Assembly: GCA_019058275.1 (NCBI GenBank)
Contig: JAHLVW010000015.1
Coordinates: forward strand, 93,943-157,942
Length of the DNA stretch: 64,000 nucleotides
Origin: Candidatus Heimdallarchaeota archaeon
GTDB taxonomy: Archaea; Asgardarchaeota; Heimdallarchaeia; JABLTI01
Direction of reading: 5' to 3'
Of the stretch, positions 9,211 to 18,520 are shown piece by piece. Numbering within the stretch: the first letter of the stretch is position 1; each line of letters starts with the position of its first letter. The translations under genes and the position numbers were made by a program. Under the pieces are notes generated by a model, which saw only the letters and a list, made by a program, of their open reading frames with translations, ran no database searches and had not been told where the DNA came from.

Positions 9211-11568
9211 ATGTCTACACAACCATCTATAACACCATTCCTAGATAGGATTGGTTTAAGTGAAGAAGAACAAAAAGTGTATTTTGCTTTACTCGCTCTC
9301 GGTCCTTTAACTGCTGGAGAGATATCCAAATATTCTAAAGTGAAGCCAATTTCTAAAGTAAAAACAACTCTTGGAAGTTTATTCGCAAGAAATTACGCTT
9401 ACAATATTGAAGGATTAGTCGATAAAGCAATTGGACTTTATCCTTTTAGAGAGATCGCTAAAGAAGCAGGTAAAGATGCTAAGAAAATTGATCAACTTAT
9501 TGCTGAGCTTAAATCCTATGTTGCTGAGCAAATCAAGCATTTTGACCAAGTGATGGAAGATACCAAAGATTATGTTCGCAGTGAGAAGAAGAAGAAGAGT
9601 GACACAGTCACTGCAAATAGCAATGAGAATCGAGCTGGCATTGAAGCTAAATTAACAGAAGCTACAACTACCATTACAACAACTGTTGATACTACAAAGA
9701 AAAGCATTACAAGTGCAGCTAATAGATTCCTCAAGAAGCAAACTGAAAATGCTGATACCTTCGAAAGCGGTACAATTGAGAATTTTGACTTGTTTGCTGC
9801 TGACTTGAAAGAAAAAAATGAATCAGCACTTCAAACTTTAAGTGACGATATTAAAGCTAACAATGATAGCTTTCTTGCTGATGGAACAAGAGCATTAAAT
9901 TCTACTCATCAATCTATTTCTTCGAAAGCAGATAGTTTAGGTGATACTCTCAAAGGAGATTCCAAAGAAAAACTAGACAACACTAGAGACCATGTTCTTA
10001 TTGGTTTGGAATCATTCATTAGTGAGTCTGAAGGTAATGTTAATAGCTTGAATGAAATCTTAACAACTGAAACAAATGAACAATCTTCAACTATCAAAGC
10101 AACAGCTGAAAAAGCTAAGAAAAATAGAATTGATTTGAACAACCAATTCAAGAGTGGTATTGCTGAAAATTTTGAGAAGGTTAAAACTGATTTTGCTCAA
10201 GATTTTGAAGTATTTCAAGGCAAGTTTACTAAGCAGTTGGATAGGATTGCAGAGAGATTCAAAAAGCAAATTGATGATCTAAAAGCTAGTACAGCAACCG
10301 ATGTTGGTTTACTGTGTGAAGAAGCATCAGCTTCAGTAACAGAACTTGTCAATAAACACAATGAGGAAATAGCTGCTAACGTTGATTTAGATAACAAAGC
10401 AGTGGAAGATGGAACAACTGCTATGCTTGCTAAAGTGAATGCACAAAACACCAAAGCAATTAAAGGAATTGATTCATCAGTTGGTGCTCTTAATTCAAGT
10501 ATAATTTTATTGAAAGCTAATTACAGTGCTGATATTAACTCTAGAATAGATGAAACGATATCTTCGATGGACACAGCAATTGATGGTACTGTCCAAGAAA
10601 CAAAGGATGAATATGAATCTGCAAGAGTTTCAATTGTAGATAAATTAGAAACCTTAACTTCTGGTAATTCAAACACTACCTCTAATGTAACTATTACACA
10701 AACAGAGGAAATAAAGGCAACAACTGATGCTCTAGTTACAGGTAGTAAAGAACAACTTGCAGAAACTAAGAGTGAAATGCTAAGCAGCACAAAGAAGACC
10801 AAGCAAAAGATTGCTTCTGATTCCACAAGTGGTTTTGATACAATTGGTACAACAGCAACTACAACACTAAAAGAAACAGCTGAAACAGCTAAAACTGGAA
10901 TCAGAAATAATGAAGAAACAACCATTGGTGCAATTAATGCAATTACTAATGTCGTAGAAACATCAGTAAGAAAAGAAATCGAAGCAGTAAAAGGTGGCTT
11001 CAATGATTACTACAAACGTTTTGCTAAAGATGCTCTCAAAATTTCCAAATTACTAATGGATTTCGAGAAGCAACATATCGCATTCCAAGATACAGTAATG
11101 GTCTATCCAAGGCCAAAAATTGAAACTGCTATTCTATATAGTAAGGATGCTATCTTTGATAGATTAGATGATATGCTTACTAATAGAATCAAATCTAACG
11201 TAACACTGGTTATTCCTGATCCAACTGATATTCCAACTAGGTCTTTAGCTAAGGTCAAAGATCAAGCTAAAATGACTATTATCTCAAAGATCGATGAAAT
11301 TGGTAATAAGGACATCATTGATCAGATAAAAGCAGCTGATGCTCTTGGTCGAGCTAAAATCAGAAAGATCGGCATGCAAGACATGGTAGGTTACTCTGAA
11401 TACATTGCTTTTGACAGAGATGGTGGCGAAGAGATGCTTATAGCATTCAAAGATGAAACAGAGAAAGATTGGGTAGGAATTCTATCCACATCAGATGGTT
11501 TCAAGAATGTTGTTATAGGCGAAACTCTTGGCAGACAAGCACTATCAATTTCAAGAGAACTGAAATAA
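9211..11568 (+). CDS. TrmB-like wHTH + very long helical/coiled-coil region + TrmB C-terminal-like domain
   Basis: N-term LDRIGLSEEEQKVYFALLALGPLTAGEIS is a TrmB HTH; about 500 aa proline-free helix; C-term alpha/beta domain (..YIAFDRDGGEEMLIA..). Confidence 0.7.
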   Translation: MSTQPSITPFLDRIGLSEEEQKVYFALLALGPLTAGEISKYSKVKPISKVKTTLGSLFARNYAYNIEGLVDKAIGLYPFREIAKEAGKDAKKIDQLIAELKSYVAEQIKHFDQVMEDTKDYVRSEKKKKSDTVTANSNENRAGIEAKLTEATTTITTTVDTTKKSITSAANRFLKKQTENADTFESGTIENFDLFAADLKEKNESALQTLSDDIKANNDSFLADGTRALNSTHQSISSKADSLGDTLKGDSKEKLDNTRDHVLIGLESFISESEGNVNSLNEILTTETNEQSSTIKATAEKAKKNRIDLNNQFKSGIAENFEKVKTDFAQDFEVFQGKFTKQLDRIAERFKKQIDDLKASTATDVGLLCEEASASVTELVNKHNEEIAANVDLDNKAVEDGTTAMLAKVNAQNTKAIKGIDSSVGALNSSIILLKANYSADINSRIDETISSMDTAIDGTVQETKDEYESARVSIVDKLETLTSGNSNTTSNVTITQTEEIKATTDALVTGSKEQLAETKSEMLSSTKKTKQKIASDSTSGFDTIGTTATTTLKETAETAKTGIRNNEETTIGAINAITNVVETSVRKEIEAVKGGFNDYYKRFAKDALKISKLLMDFEKQHIAFQDTVMVYPRPKIETAILYSKDAIFDRLDDMLTNRIKSNVTLVIPDPTDIPTRSLAKVKDQAKMTIISKIDEIGNKDIIDQIKAADALGRAKIRKIGMQDMVGYSEYIAFDRDGGEEMLIAFKDETEKDWVGILSTSDGFKNVVIGETLGRQALSISRELK

Positions 11569-11584
11569 ACTGCAAACACTATTA

Positions 11585-11625
11585 GGATCTATATCATTAT
11601 AGATCCACTCTCTAATTTTTTTTTT
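11585..11625 (+). terminator. Hairpin + U-tract putative terminator
   Basis: GGATCTATA-TCAT-TATAGATCC perfect 9-bp stem followed by a 10-T run, 16 nt after the stop. Confidence 0.6.
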
Positions 11626-11788
11626 CCTCAAAATCCTTAAATTAATGTGAGAAGAGAGTGATTCTCAGAAAATCAATATCAAATCTAAAATATGAGAATG
11701 AATAAATATTCTTTTAAGAAAAGAACTTGCAGTGCAAGATATCCAATAGAATTGCTTATCTAAAAATATGAAATAGGAATGGTAGAAA

Positions 11789-12532
11789 ATGACACAAACA
11801 GAATCTGATTACAAAAGCTTCCTTTTTGGTAGCGATGTTGATTTTGATAGTAAGCAATTAGCGGTAGTATTAAAGTTAGGAATTTATGGTGCAATTAACA
11901 ATCCGATTGATATCACTAGTAGTGAGTTAGGGAGATACTTAGGAGTATCCCAACAAACTGCTGCAAGGTATTTAGTTGAATTAGAAAAGAACCATTTGAT
12001 TGAAAGAACTAGAACTTCTAGAGGACAATCAGTCCAAATAACTAAACTTGGTCGAGAACTGCTGGAAAACTTGAGCATAATGATAACTAAAGCTCTTTAT
12101 TCACAAACTCGTTCAGCCACAATTTATGGGGAATTAGAGAGTGGCTTAGGAGAAGGAGCATGGTATATCTCACAAGAAGGATATTCACAACAATTTATTG
12201 ATGTATTGGGGTTTGTTCCCTTCCCTGGAACATTAAATCTACGTATTTTGAACATTGATGATTTAAAGAAAATTGCTCATATAAGGCAATCAGAACCTTA
12301 TATTATTCGAGGATTTCAAAAGAAAGGACGACATTTTGGAGATGTCATGTGCTATAAAGCTCGATTCATAGATGGAACAATGGGCGCAATAATAATACCG
12401 AGCAGGACACATCACAACAAAGATATTCTTGAAGCAATTGCTCCAGTAAATCTTAGAGAGAAATTAGCGGAAAACCCTAACATACCACTAAGAGATGGTG
12501 TTAACATAAGAATTGATGTTCTGCTTCAGTAG
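11789..12532 (+). CDS. ribK: CTP-dependent riboflavin kinase with N-terminal HTH (RbkR-type)
   Basis: HTH (SSELGRYLGVSQQTAARYL), SGLGEGAWY, PFPGTLN, PSRTHH, EAIAPVNLRE. Confidence 0.92.
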   Translation: MTQTESDYKSFLFGSDVDFDSKQLAVVLKLGIYGAINNPIDITSSELGRYLGVSQQTAARYLVELEKNHLIERTRTSRGQSVQITKLGRELLENLSIMITKALYSQTRSATIYGELESGLGEGAWYISQEGYSQQFIDVLGFVPFPGTLNLRILNIDDLKKIAHIRQSEPYIIRGFQKKGRHFGDVMCYKARFIDGTMGAIIIPSRTHHNKDILEAIAPVNLREKLAENPNIPLRDGVNIRIDVLLQ

Positions 12533-12579
12533 TAGCGGAACTCATCATTCTTCTTTCTTTATTATAAACAACTATTCAT

Positions 12580-13083
12580 TTAATAAACTGATTCAAGTGT
12601 TGCTATTAACTCATTGAATAGTTTCTGAGCTATTTCTTTTTTAAGATCATGTCGGTTTTTCTTAGGATCAAGCTCCAATTCACGAGCAATAGTTGTTTGA
12701 CCAGCTATAGCTACCCCAATAAAAACAGTACCTTTTAATTTTCCCTCAATTGACTCACCGATTACTCCAGTAGTAGACAAACCTATGTCAGCATCGTATT
12801 CTAATACACCTTCAGCCATCATTTTAGCTACTTCAAGAGAGATTGTTCCATGATCGCGAATAATATATGATGGGATGCCCAAGAATTCTTCTTTTGAATC
12901 AATGGTATAAGCAACAATACTATAAAGGAGAACATCTGAAGAATCATCAAGATCTGTAAGAAGAGATGATACTAGTCCGCCTGTACAGCTTTCTGCAATA
13001 GCAAGTGTTAAAGTTCGAGTACGAAGTTCATGAAGAACTTGTTCTGCTAGTTCAGATAGTTCATCATCAATAGTCAAATTCAT
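12580..13083 (-). CDS. CinA C-terminal / PncC-like NMN amidohydrolase
   Basis: LAIAESCTGG, AKMMAEG, LSTTG motifs. Confidence 0.85.
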   Translation of the reverse strand: MNLTIDDELSELAEQVLHELRTRTLTLAIAESCTGGLVSSLLTDLDDSSDVLLYSIVAYTIDSKEEFLGIPSYIIRDHGTISLEVAKMMAEGVLEYDADIGLSTTGVIGESIEGKLKGTVFIGVAIAGQTTIARELELDPKKNRHDLKKEIAQKLFNELIATLESVY

Positions 13084-13678
13084 GCACCTATTTCTACAGA
13101 TATTTGCTTAATTAAAAGAGTATAGATTATTGTCTCTATAATTTTTTTTCTAATCCTAAAAGTCAGTTTAAAAAGCTCTTACCAAGATAGAAGAACACTT
13201 TATTGAGGAGACGAGATTCTAGTGAACGAAAATGTTTGTCCGCATTGTGGAACAATTCTTGATTTGAAAGATATTTATTGGAACACTAAAGAAAATAAAT
13301 GACTTTTCAAGGGAATTAATCATAAATCCCATTGGCAATTGGCAAAGATATACTACAAAAAGCTGGGAGGAATTAGTAATGAATAGAGTTAAAGAAATTT
13401 ATCTTGCACATAGTAAACCTTTTTCAATTAGAGATTTAAATTAAAACAAGAAGTATAAAGTACATAAAAAAAGCAAGAACAAATTAATAAGAAATAGTTT
13501 GGTCATTTTAATTGAAACCAATTTAATGACCATAAACTAATGCATAATCCATTCTTGCTTTATTTTGGAATTTTTTGATTTGATCTTTAATTGTTTTTTT
13601 GTGATAGATTTCTTGTCTCATTTTTTATTTCTCCGTCTTGTTTTTTAAGATACTATTCTCACACAGATATATAAGGGT

Positions 13679-13695
13679 TTCTCAAATAATGAGAA
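13679..13695. promoter_or_regulatory. Palindromic putative operator TTCTCA-N5-TGAGAA
   Basis: Perfect 6-bp arms next to an ATATATAA box, upstream of a wHTH gene. Confidence 0.4.
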
Positions 13696-13806
13696 GAAAA
13701 TATTATATATTTAGAATGCGATTTCAAAAGTTAAGAATAACATTTAAATATACAAGAATGCATTATATTAATATAAGAAATAAATACTAAACAATAAGAA
13801 AATGAG

Positions 13807-14451
13807 GTGATAAGAATGAGTCAAGACGTGATAACTTACAAACAACAAACAGTAATGGCACTTAACGAAGAGCAAGTAGATTTGTTATATAGTGATGCTA
13901 ACTTAAGCTACATTATCAAGTTCTTAAGAGCAGGTCCACGAACTGTAAAAGAATTGGAAAAAGATTTCACAAAGAAAGGTATCAAAAAATCGGATAAATC
14001 AATTTATCGTTACTTAAAGAATTTAACAGAAGTTGGAATGGTCGCAAAAGCAGGTAAGAGGATCACATCGAAAGGAGCAAGTGAACTTCAGACTGAAACA
14101 ATTTACATACGAACCTCAAAAATGTTTTTAACAGAGAATCTTAGAAAAAAGATGAATACTTTAGATAAAAAAGATGTTGAGTTGTTTTATGATACAATTT
14201 TCTCTTTACTTGCTGGTAAATTCAAAGATAAGATAAAGTCCGATAAAGGTGTTGATAAGCTAATTAATACTCTTGAATCTAAAAAATTCGAACTTGTGAA
14301 TGACATATTAGGAAATGCTGATGAAGAAACGCTAGGTAAGGTAAACAAACTAGATTGGGGCTTACTTGATTATTTAATAGAATATATTGGATGGTTAGCC
14401 CTAAGTTTAGATTACAATGTTGTTGAAGAAATTGAAGATTGCTGTTGCTAA
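13807..14451 (+). CDS. Winged-helix (ArsR-like) transcriptional regulator
   Basis: IIKFLRAGPRTVKEL..KSDKSIYRYLKNLTEVGMV..Y-x-RT pattern. Confidence 0.75.
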   Translation: MIRMSQDVITYKQQTVMALNEEQVDLLYSDANLSYIIKFLRAGPRTVKELEKDFTKKGIKKSDKSIYRYLKNLTEVGMVAKAGKRITSKGASELQTETIYIRTSKMFLTENLRKKMNTLDKKDVELFYDTIFSLLAGKFKDKIKSDKGVDKLINTLESKKFELVNDILGNADEETLGKVNKLDWGLLDYLIEYIGWLALSLDYNVVEEIEDCCC

Positions 14452-14497
14452 ATTAAATTTAGGCTCTTGAAAAAGATAATAAAAGAAATTTAAAGAG

Positions 14498-14560
14498 AAG
14501 GAGTTAACCTTCAATTGGTTTAGCTTCCTTTCTTTTATATTTTATTTTTAATTTATTTTC
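14498..14560 (+). terminator. Hairpin + U-rich putative terminator
   Basis: AAGGAGTTAACC/GGTTTAGCTTCCTT imperfect stem followed by a long T-rich tract. Confidence 0.45.
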
Positions 14561-14874
14561 TTTCGTTTCTGAAATAGAATAACAAAAAATGATACAATGA
14601 ATATTGATGAAATCATGAGATTATGATAAGAAAGGAAGAATTACTAAAGATTATTTTTTTGAAGTAAATGGTAAGAAATCATAGCAATTATCGTCAAACT
14701 GCTAATTGTGAGACTGGTCGTTCTGATTAATGGAACACCAAAAACAATGTTAACGAGTTGGTTACCTACTACTATCCACAATGCAGGAAGAAAGTAATAA
14801 TATAATAAAAAAGCGGAAGATGGAGAGTGTCTTCTCTTTTTTCTTGAGTTTCTTAGAAAACATTTAGAAAAAAT

Positions 14875-15008
14875 TGGAGTGCAGGGCGAGATTCGAATTC
14901 GCGCAAAGAGAAAGGTTTCTGTTTGTCTCGCGTACAGCGGATACCAACAAAATCCGAACACATCAGATTTTTCTGCAGTCCGCCGCCTCGCCTCTAGACT
15001 ACCTGCAC
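14875..15008 (-). tRNA. tRNA-Cys(GCA) with two introns (14943-14972 at 37/38; 14898-14926 at 53/54), CCA encoded
   Basis: Acceptor GTGCAGG/CCTGCAC, D stem GTCT/AGGC, anticodon stem GCGGA/TCCGC with CT-GCA-G, T arm GCGAG-TTCGAAT-CTCGC after intron removal, U73 discriminator; spliced length 75 nt. Confidence 0.93.
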
Positions 15009-15143
15009 ACTTTTTCGGTTGTTTTATTCTCTACGACAATTATTTTTAAAGATAATGGCAAATATTGCTTATAAGTTACACATAGTTATTTCTTATTATT
15101 GATTTCTATATCTATTATTATTTATCTCATCCGTCACTCCAAT

Positions 15144-15485
15144 TTATTTTTTATTCTTCATTTGTTTTTCTTTTAAATCTCTTATATGATTGAAAACATC
15201 TTGATCATGACATATATATCGTGTAAAACTAAATATCAGAATGAGTAAGAACGTAACGATTGGTAAATAAAAAGCATATGTCAGTTTTAACTCATTGTAA
15301 ATCCCTTTTAGAACTTGATTATATATTCCCCAAAATATCAATCCAATAAACCCAATAAGAGTAAAAGCAAATAGAAGGCTGTAACCTAAAATTATCCTAC
15401 TATTTACTCTCTTTCTCACCATGAAAATAAATCCCAATAAAAGAGAGCACAAAATTATTTTTAAAACCTTTACATTAAAAAACAC
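15144..15485 (-). CDS. Small hypothetical membrane protein (3 TM)
   Basis: 113-aa ORF with three hydrophobic segments and a basic tail. Confidence 0.5.
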   Translation of the reverse strand: MFFNVKVLKIILCSLLLGFIFMVRKRVNSRIILGYSLLFAFTLIGFIGLIFWGIYNQVLKGIYNELKLTYAFYLPIVTFLLILIFSFTRYICHDQDVFNHIRDLKEKQMKNKK

Positions 15486-15654
15486 TATTAATATAATTAA
15501 TAAAGGAAAAGAAAAAGTAAGGTATTGTTTTAAAGAAAATGAGCATTTTAATTAGTAGACATTAGTGGCAAATCAAAACTTATTTTCCAAAAAGTTTTAG
15601 ACTTAAAGCATCTTGGATATAATCATAGGAAAGTAGCTTGTTGGAGCTAATTGT

Positions 15655-18426
15655 TTGAGTAAATTAATTGAGCAGATGAAAGTGTATATTAGGGTGCTCC
15701 TACTAAATCGACGCTCCACACTTCTCTCATTTCTAGGGTTGGGGTTGAGTCTGGTTCTCATATCAGAGGGACTGATTGTTGCTTACACCTATCAATATGG
15801 TGCTTTTGTGGAGCATGTGGGGGAGACTCCATCAAAACAATTAACAGTATCTATGTCTGCCTTTGACATTGAAGACAATTCGAGAGAATTAAATGACTAT
15901 TTTCATGAAATAACTGCTCAAATTTCCTCTGAACTTGGGTTGACAACTTACATACGCAAAATGGATTGGTATTTTGAAAAATTTCTTATCCTTGGTATAC
16001 AAGTTCCAGCTGTTAATGGAAATTTTCAGTACCTTCGAGATATTAACTTATATGGTGTTTCTTATGATTACTTTAGTGTATTTCAATCACTTCTGTTTAA
16101 CGGTTCGCTCCCATCTAATTCTGATGATGTGTTAGTAGTGGCTAAAAGCAGCACATTTATGAATTCCAACTTGAGTGTGGGAACATTTCCTTTGTACATA
16201 CCAACATGGGGAGGTGTAATGAGAATTGGTGATATTAATGTCTCTGGAATAATCAAAAAAGAACAATTTAATACCTATGACGGTTCATCTCAAGAAGATC
16301 TCAAAGCAATGACTGAGTACTTTACAGAAGAATTCATGTTGATTAACATAGATAATTTCCCAAATGGTGTAATGAGACCATTGGGGCGATATTCCTTTTA
16401 TATTGAAGATATCGACTCATTCAATATTGATGAAGATATAGCAAATATTAATGCATTAAGCCAACAACTCACAAGGGAATTTAAGGAAGCTGGATACACG
16501 TTACATGTGTACAATCATCTAAATGAGCTTCTAAGGGATTTTGCTGATGAATTTAAACTGTTTCAACTTTTTGGCATCCTATTCCTTGTTCCTCTTGCAG
16601 TAGTTTCTATTGCACTTGCCAGTTTTTCAGCTAATCTATTAAAACGAAGACAGAGGCAACAAATCGCGAGTTTGTTTCAACGAGGTTCCTCACAAACTGC
16701 AGTGTGGGTACTGTTATTTGTTCAGCTTGTAGAAGTAACGGTATCTGGAATAATATTTTGTTGTGCAATTGGCTATCCTTTTACATGGCTGATGCTGAAA
16801 AGCACAGATTTTCTTGCTTTTGCTAAAGTAGGGCTTGTACCTGTAATTAAGGGTATCATTTTTTATGTTATTATAGGAGCAGCTTTTGTAATTTCGTTTG
16901 TAATAAATTTATTAGATATAAAGGATCTCAGTAAAATCTCCTTAACTGAAGCACATGAGGAAGTACAACAAAAACAACCTCTATGGAGGAAATTATACTT
17001 AGATATTTGTTTGTTAATTATTGGTCTTATAATTTGGCTGATTGTAAAATATCACCTACAAGCGACAGCAGCGTATACTTTCGCATATAATTTAGGAATT
17101 ATTGCACCAGCTTGTATTATTTTAGGAGGAATTTTACTTGCAGCTCGTTTGTATATAATTATTACAGAAGTGATCTCAAAGGAGTTATGGAAAAGTGAAA
17201 AATTAGGGATATTTGCTTTTTCGACAAAACGCAGTAGTAGACGAAAGCAAACAACACTCAGAAGTGTTCTACTCATTGCTCTAACATTTACTCTGCTTTT
17301 TACAGTATTAATAAGTGTTGAATCATACAAGAAGTTTGATACTGAAAAAGCCTATTATTCAGTAGGGGCAGATATTCTTGTAAAAAATGTTAATTCATTT
17401 TCAAATGAAACAAAGAACCAAATACTGGCAATTCCCGGAGTGCAAGAAGCCACCTATCTTTATTATACAAGTCAGGTAGTATCCTATAGTAATATATTAT
17501 ACTCCTATCTTATAGTGGGTATAGATCCACAAGAATTTACAAAGACTGCTTATTTTGATAAAGAGTACTTAAATGGCAAGACTCCAGAAGACTTCTTTAA
17601 TACCATAAATAAGACCACTGATGTTGTGATGCAATATGATCAATATGCAAAAGCTTTCAATGTTTCTAATGTGAATATTACTGTTCCAGTTGAAAAATAT
17701 CCTGAAGGAATGGTAACTCATGATTTACAAGTCGTTGGCTTATACAAGTTTCTACCACGATTCTTCATTGAATTCCCATCAATAGAGTCAACAACTTTTA
17801 GCTTTACTATAATTAGTAAATATGCTCTCGTTGATGAGCTTGCTTATAGTCCCATTAATATTGCTTATGATATTATTGTAAAGGTAACAGAAGAGCACAG
17901 TATTACCCAAGTAGCGGAAAAAATTGAAAATACATTGAATATGGAAACAGAAAATGTTGAAGATGTCATTAATCGTTACTCAAGAAGCTTTCGAAATACC
18001 ATGCTATATAGTTCGTTAAATACTACATTCATATTTTCGATAATCATTGCAGTAGCGTCTATTTTATTATTAATTCTTATACAATTAGTGGAAAATAAAA
18101 GAGAAATTAACATATTAAGAATCATTGGGTTTTCTCCAAAACAATTTTACAAACTTTTTTTAACAGAAGTATTTCAAATAATGTTTTTCTGTTCAATAAT
18201 AGGTTTATTTTTAGGGATTTTGACTTCAACGATGTTGATGGATATCTTAACATTTAAAACAGCAATACCATCAGATGAATTATCTTTCCCTTTTACACAA
18301 TTATTCATAGTAATGTTCACGATAATGGCTATTGCTTTACTAACAACAGTGATAACAGTAGGAATTATTTTTCGAAAAGAAGCATACAAAGAAAAAGAGA
18401 AAGAAATTAAAAGTAAGAGTAACTAA
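15655..18426 (+). CDS. FtsX/MacB-like ABC transporter permease, paralog of 2877-5762
   Basis: Same architecture; KRRQRQQIASLFQRGSS, AYYSVGADI, ENKREINILRIIGFSPKQ. Confidence 0.85.
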   Translation: MSKLIEQMKVYIRVLLLNRRSTLLSFLGLGLSLVLISEGLIVAYTYQYGAFVEHVGETPSKQLTVSMSAFDIEDNSRELNDYFHEITAQISSELGLTTYIRKMDWYFEKFLILGIQVPAVNGNFQYLRDINLYGVSYDYFSVFQSLLFNGSLPSNSDDVLVVAKSSTFMNSNLSVGTFPLYIPTWGGVMRIGDINVSGIIKKEQFNTYDGSSQEDLKAMTEYFTEEFMLINIDNFPNGVMRPLGRYSFYIEDIDSFNIDEDIANINALSQQLTREFKEAGYTLHVYNHLNELLRDFADEFKLFQLFGILFLVPLAVVSIALASFSANLLKRRQRQQIASLFQRGSSQTAVWVLLFVQLVEVTVSGIIFCCAIGYPFTWLMLKSTDFLAFAKVGLVPVIKGIIFYVIIGAAFVISFVINLLDIKDLSKISLTEAHEEVQQKQPLWRKLYLDICLLIIGLIIWLIVKYHLQATAAYTFAYNLGIIAPACIILGGILLAARLYIIITEVISKELWKSEKLGIFAFSTKRSSRRKQTTLRSVLLIALTFTLLFTVLISVESYKKFDTEKAYYSVGADILVKNVNSFSNETKNQILAIPGVQEATYLYYTSQVVSYSNILYSYLIVGIDPQEFTKTAYFDKEYLNGKTPEDFFNTINKTTDVVMQYDQYAKAFNVSNVNITVPVEKYPEGMVTHDLQVVGLYKFLPRFFIEFPSIESTTFSFTIISKYALVDELAYSPINIAYDIIVKVTEEHSITQVAEKIENTLNMETENVEDVINRYSRSFRNTMLYSSLNTTFIFSIIIAVASILLLILIQLVENKREINILRIIGFSPKQFYKLFLTEVFQIMFFCSIIGLFLGILTSTMLMDILTFKTAIPSDELSFPFTQLFIVMFTIMAIALLTTVITVGIIFRKEAYKEKEKEIKSKSN

Positions 18427-18520
18427 AGACCAATCTCGTTAATTAGTGGTGAATCAGATAGCTTCATAAATAAGACAATTAGAGTAGAAATACTATTATT
18501 TTTTAAAAGAGTATTGTACT

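Noticed and set aside
9909-11003. Several antisense ORFs (e.g. 10521-11003), and similar ones at 43428-43808 and 50479-51072
   Set aside because: Antisense shadows of strongly supported genes, caused by codon bias
13084-14875. Integrated element at the tRNA-Cys 3' end
   Set aside because: No integrase and no convincing att duplication (only CGAGATTC near 13212)
14644-15074. ORFs 14644-14961 (-) and 14874-15074 (+)
   Set aside because: Both overlap the tRNA-Cys gene and have no protein-like features
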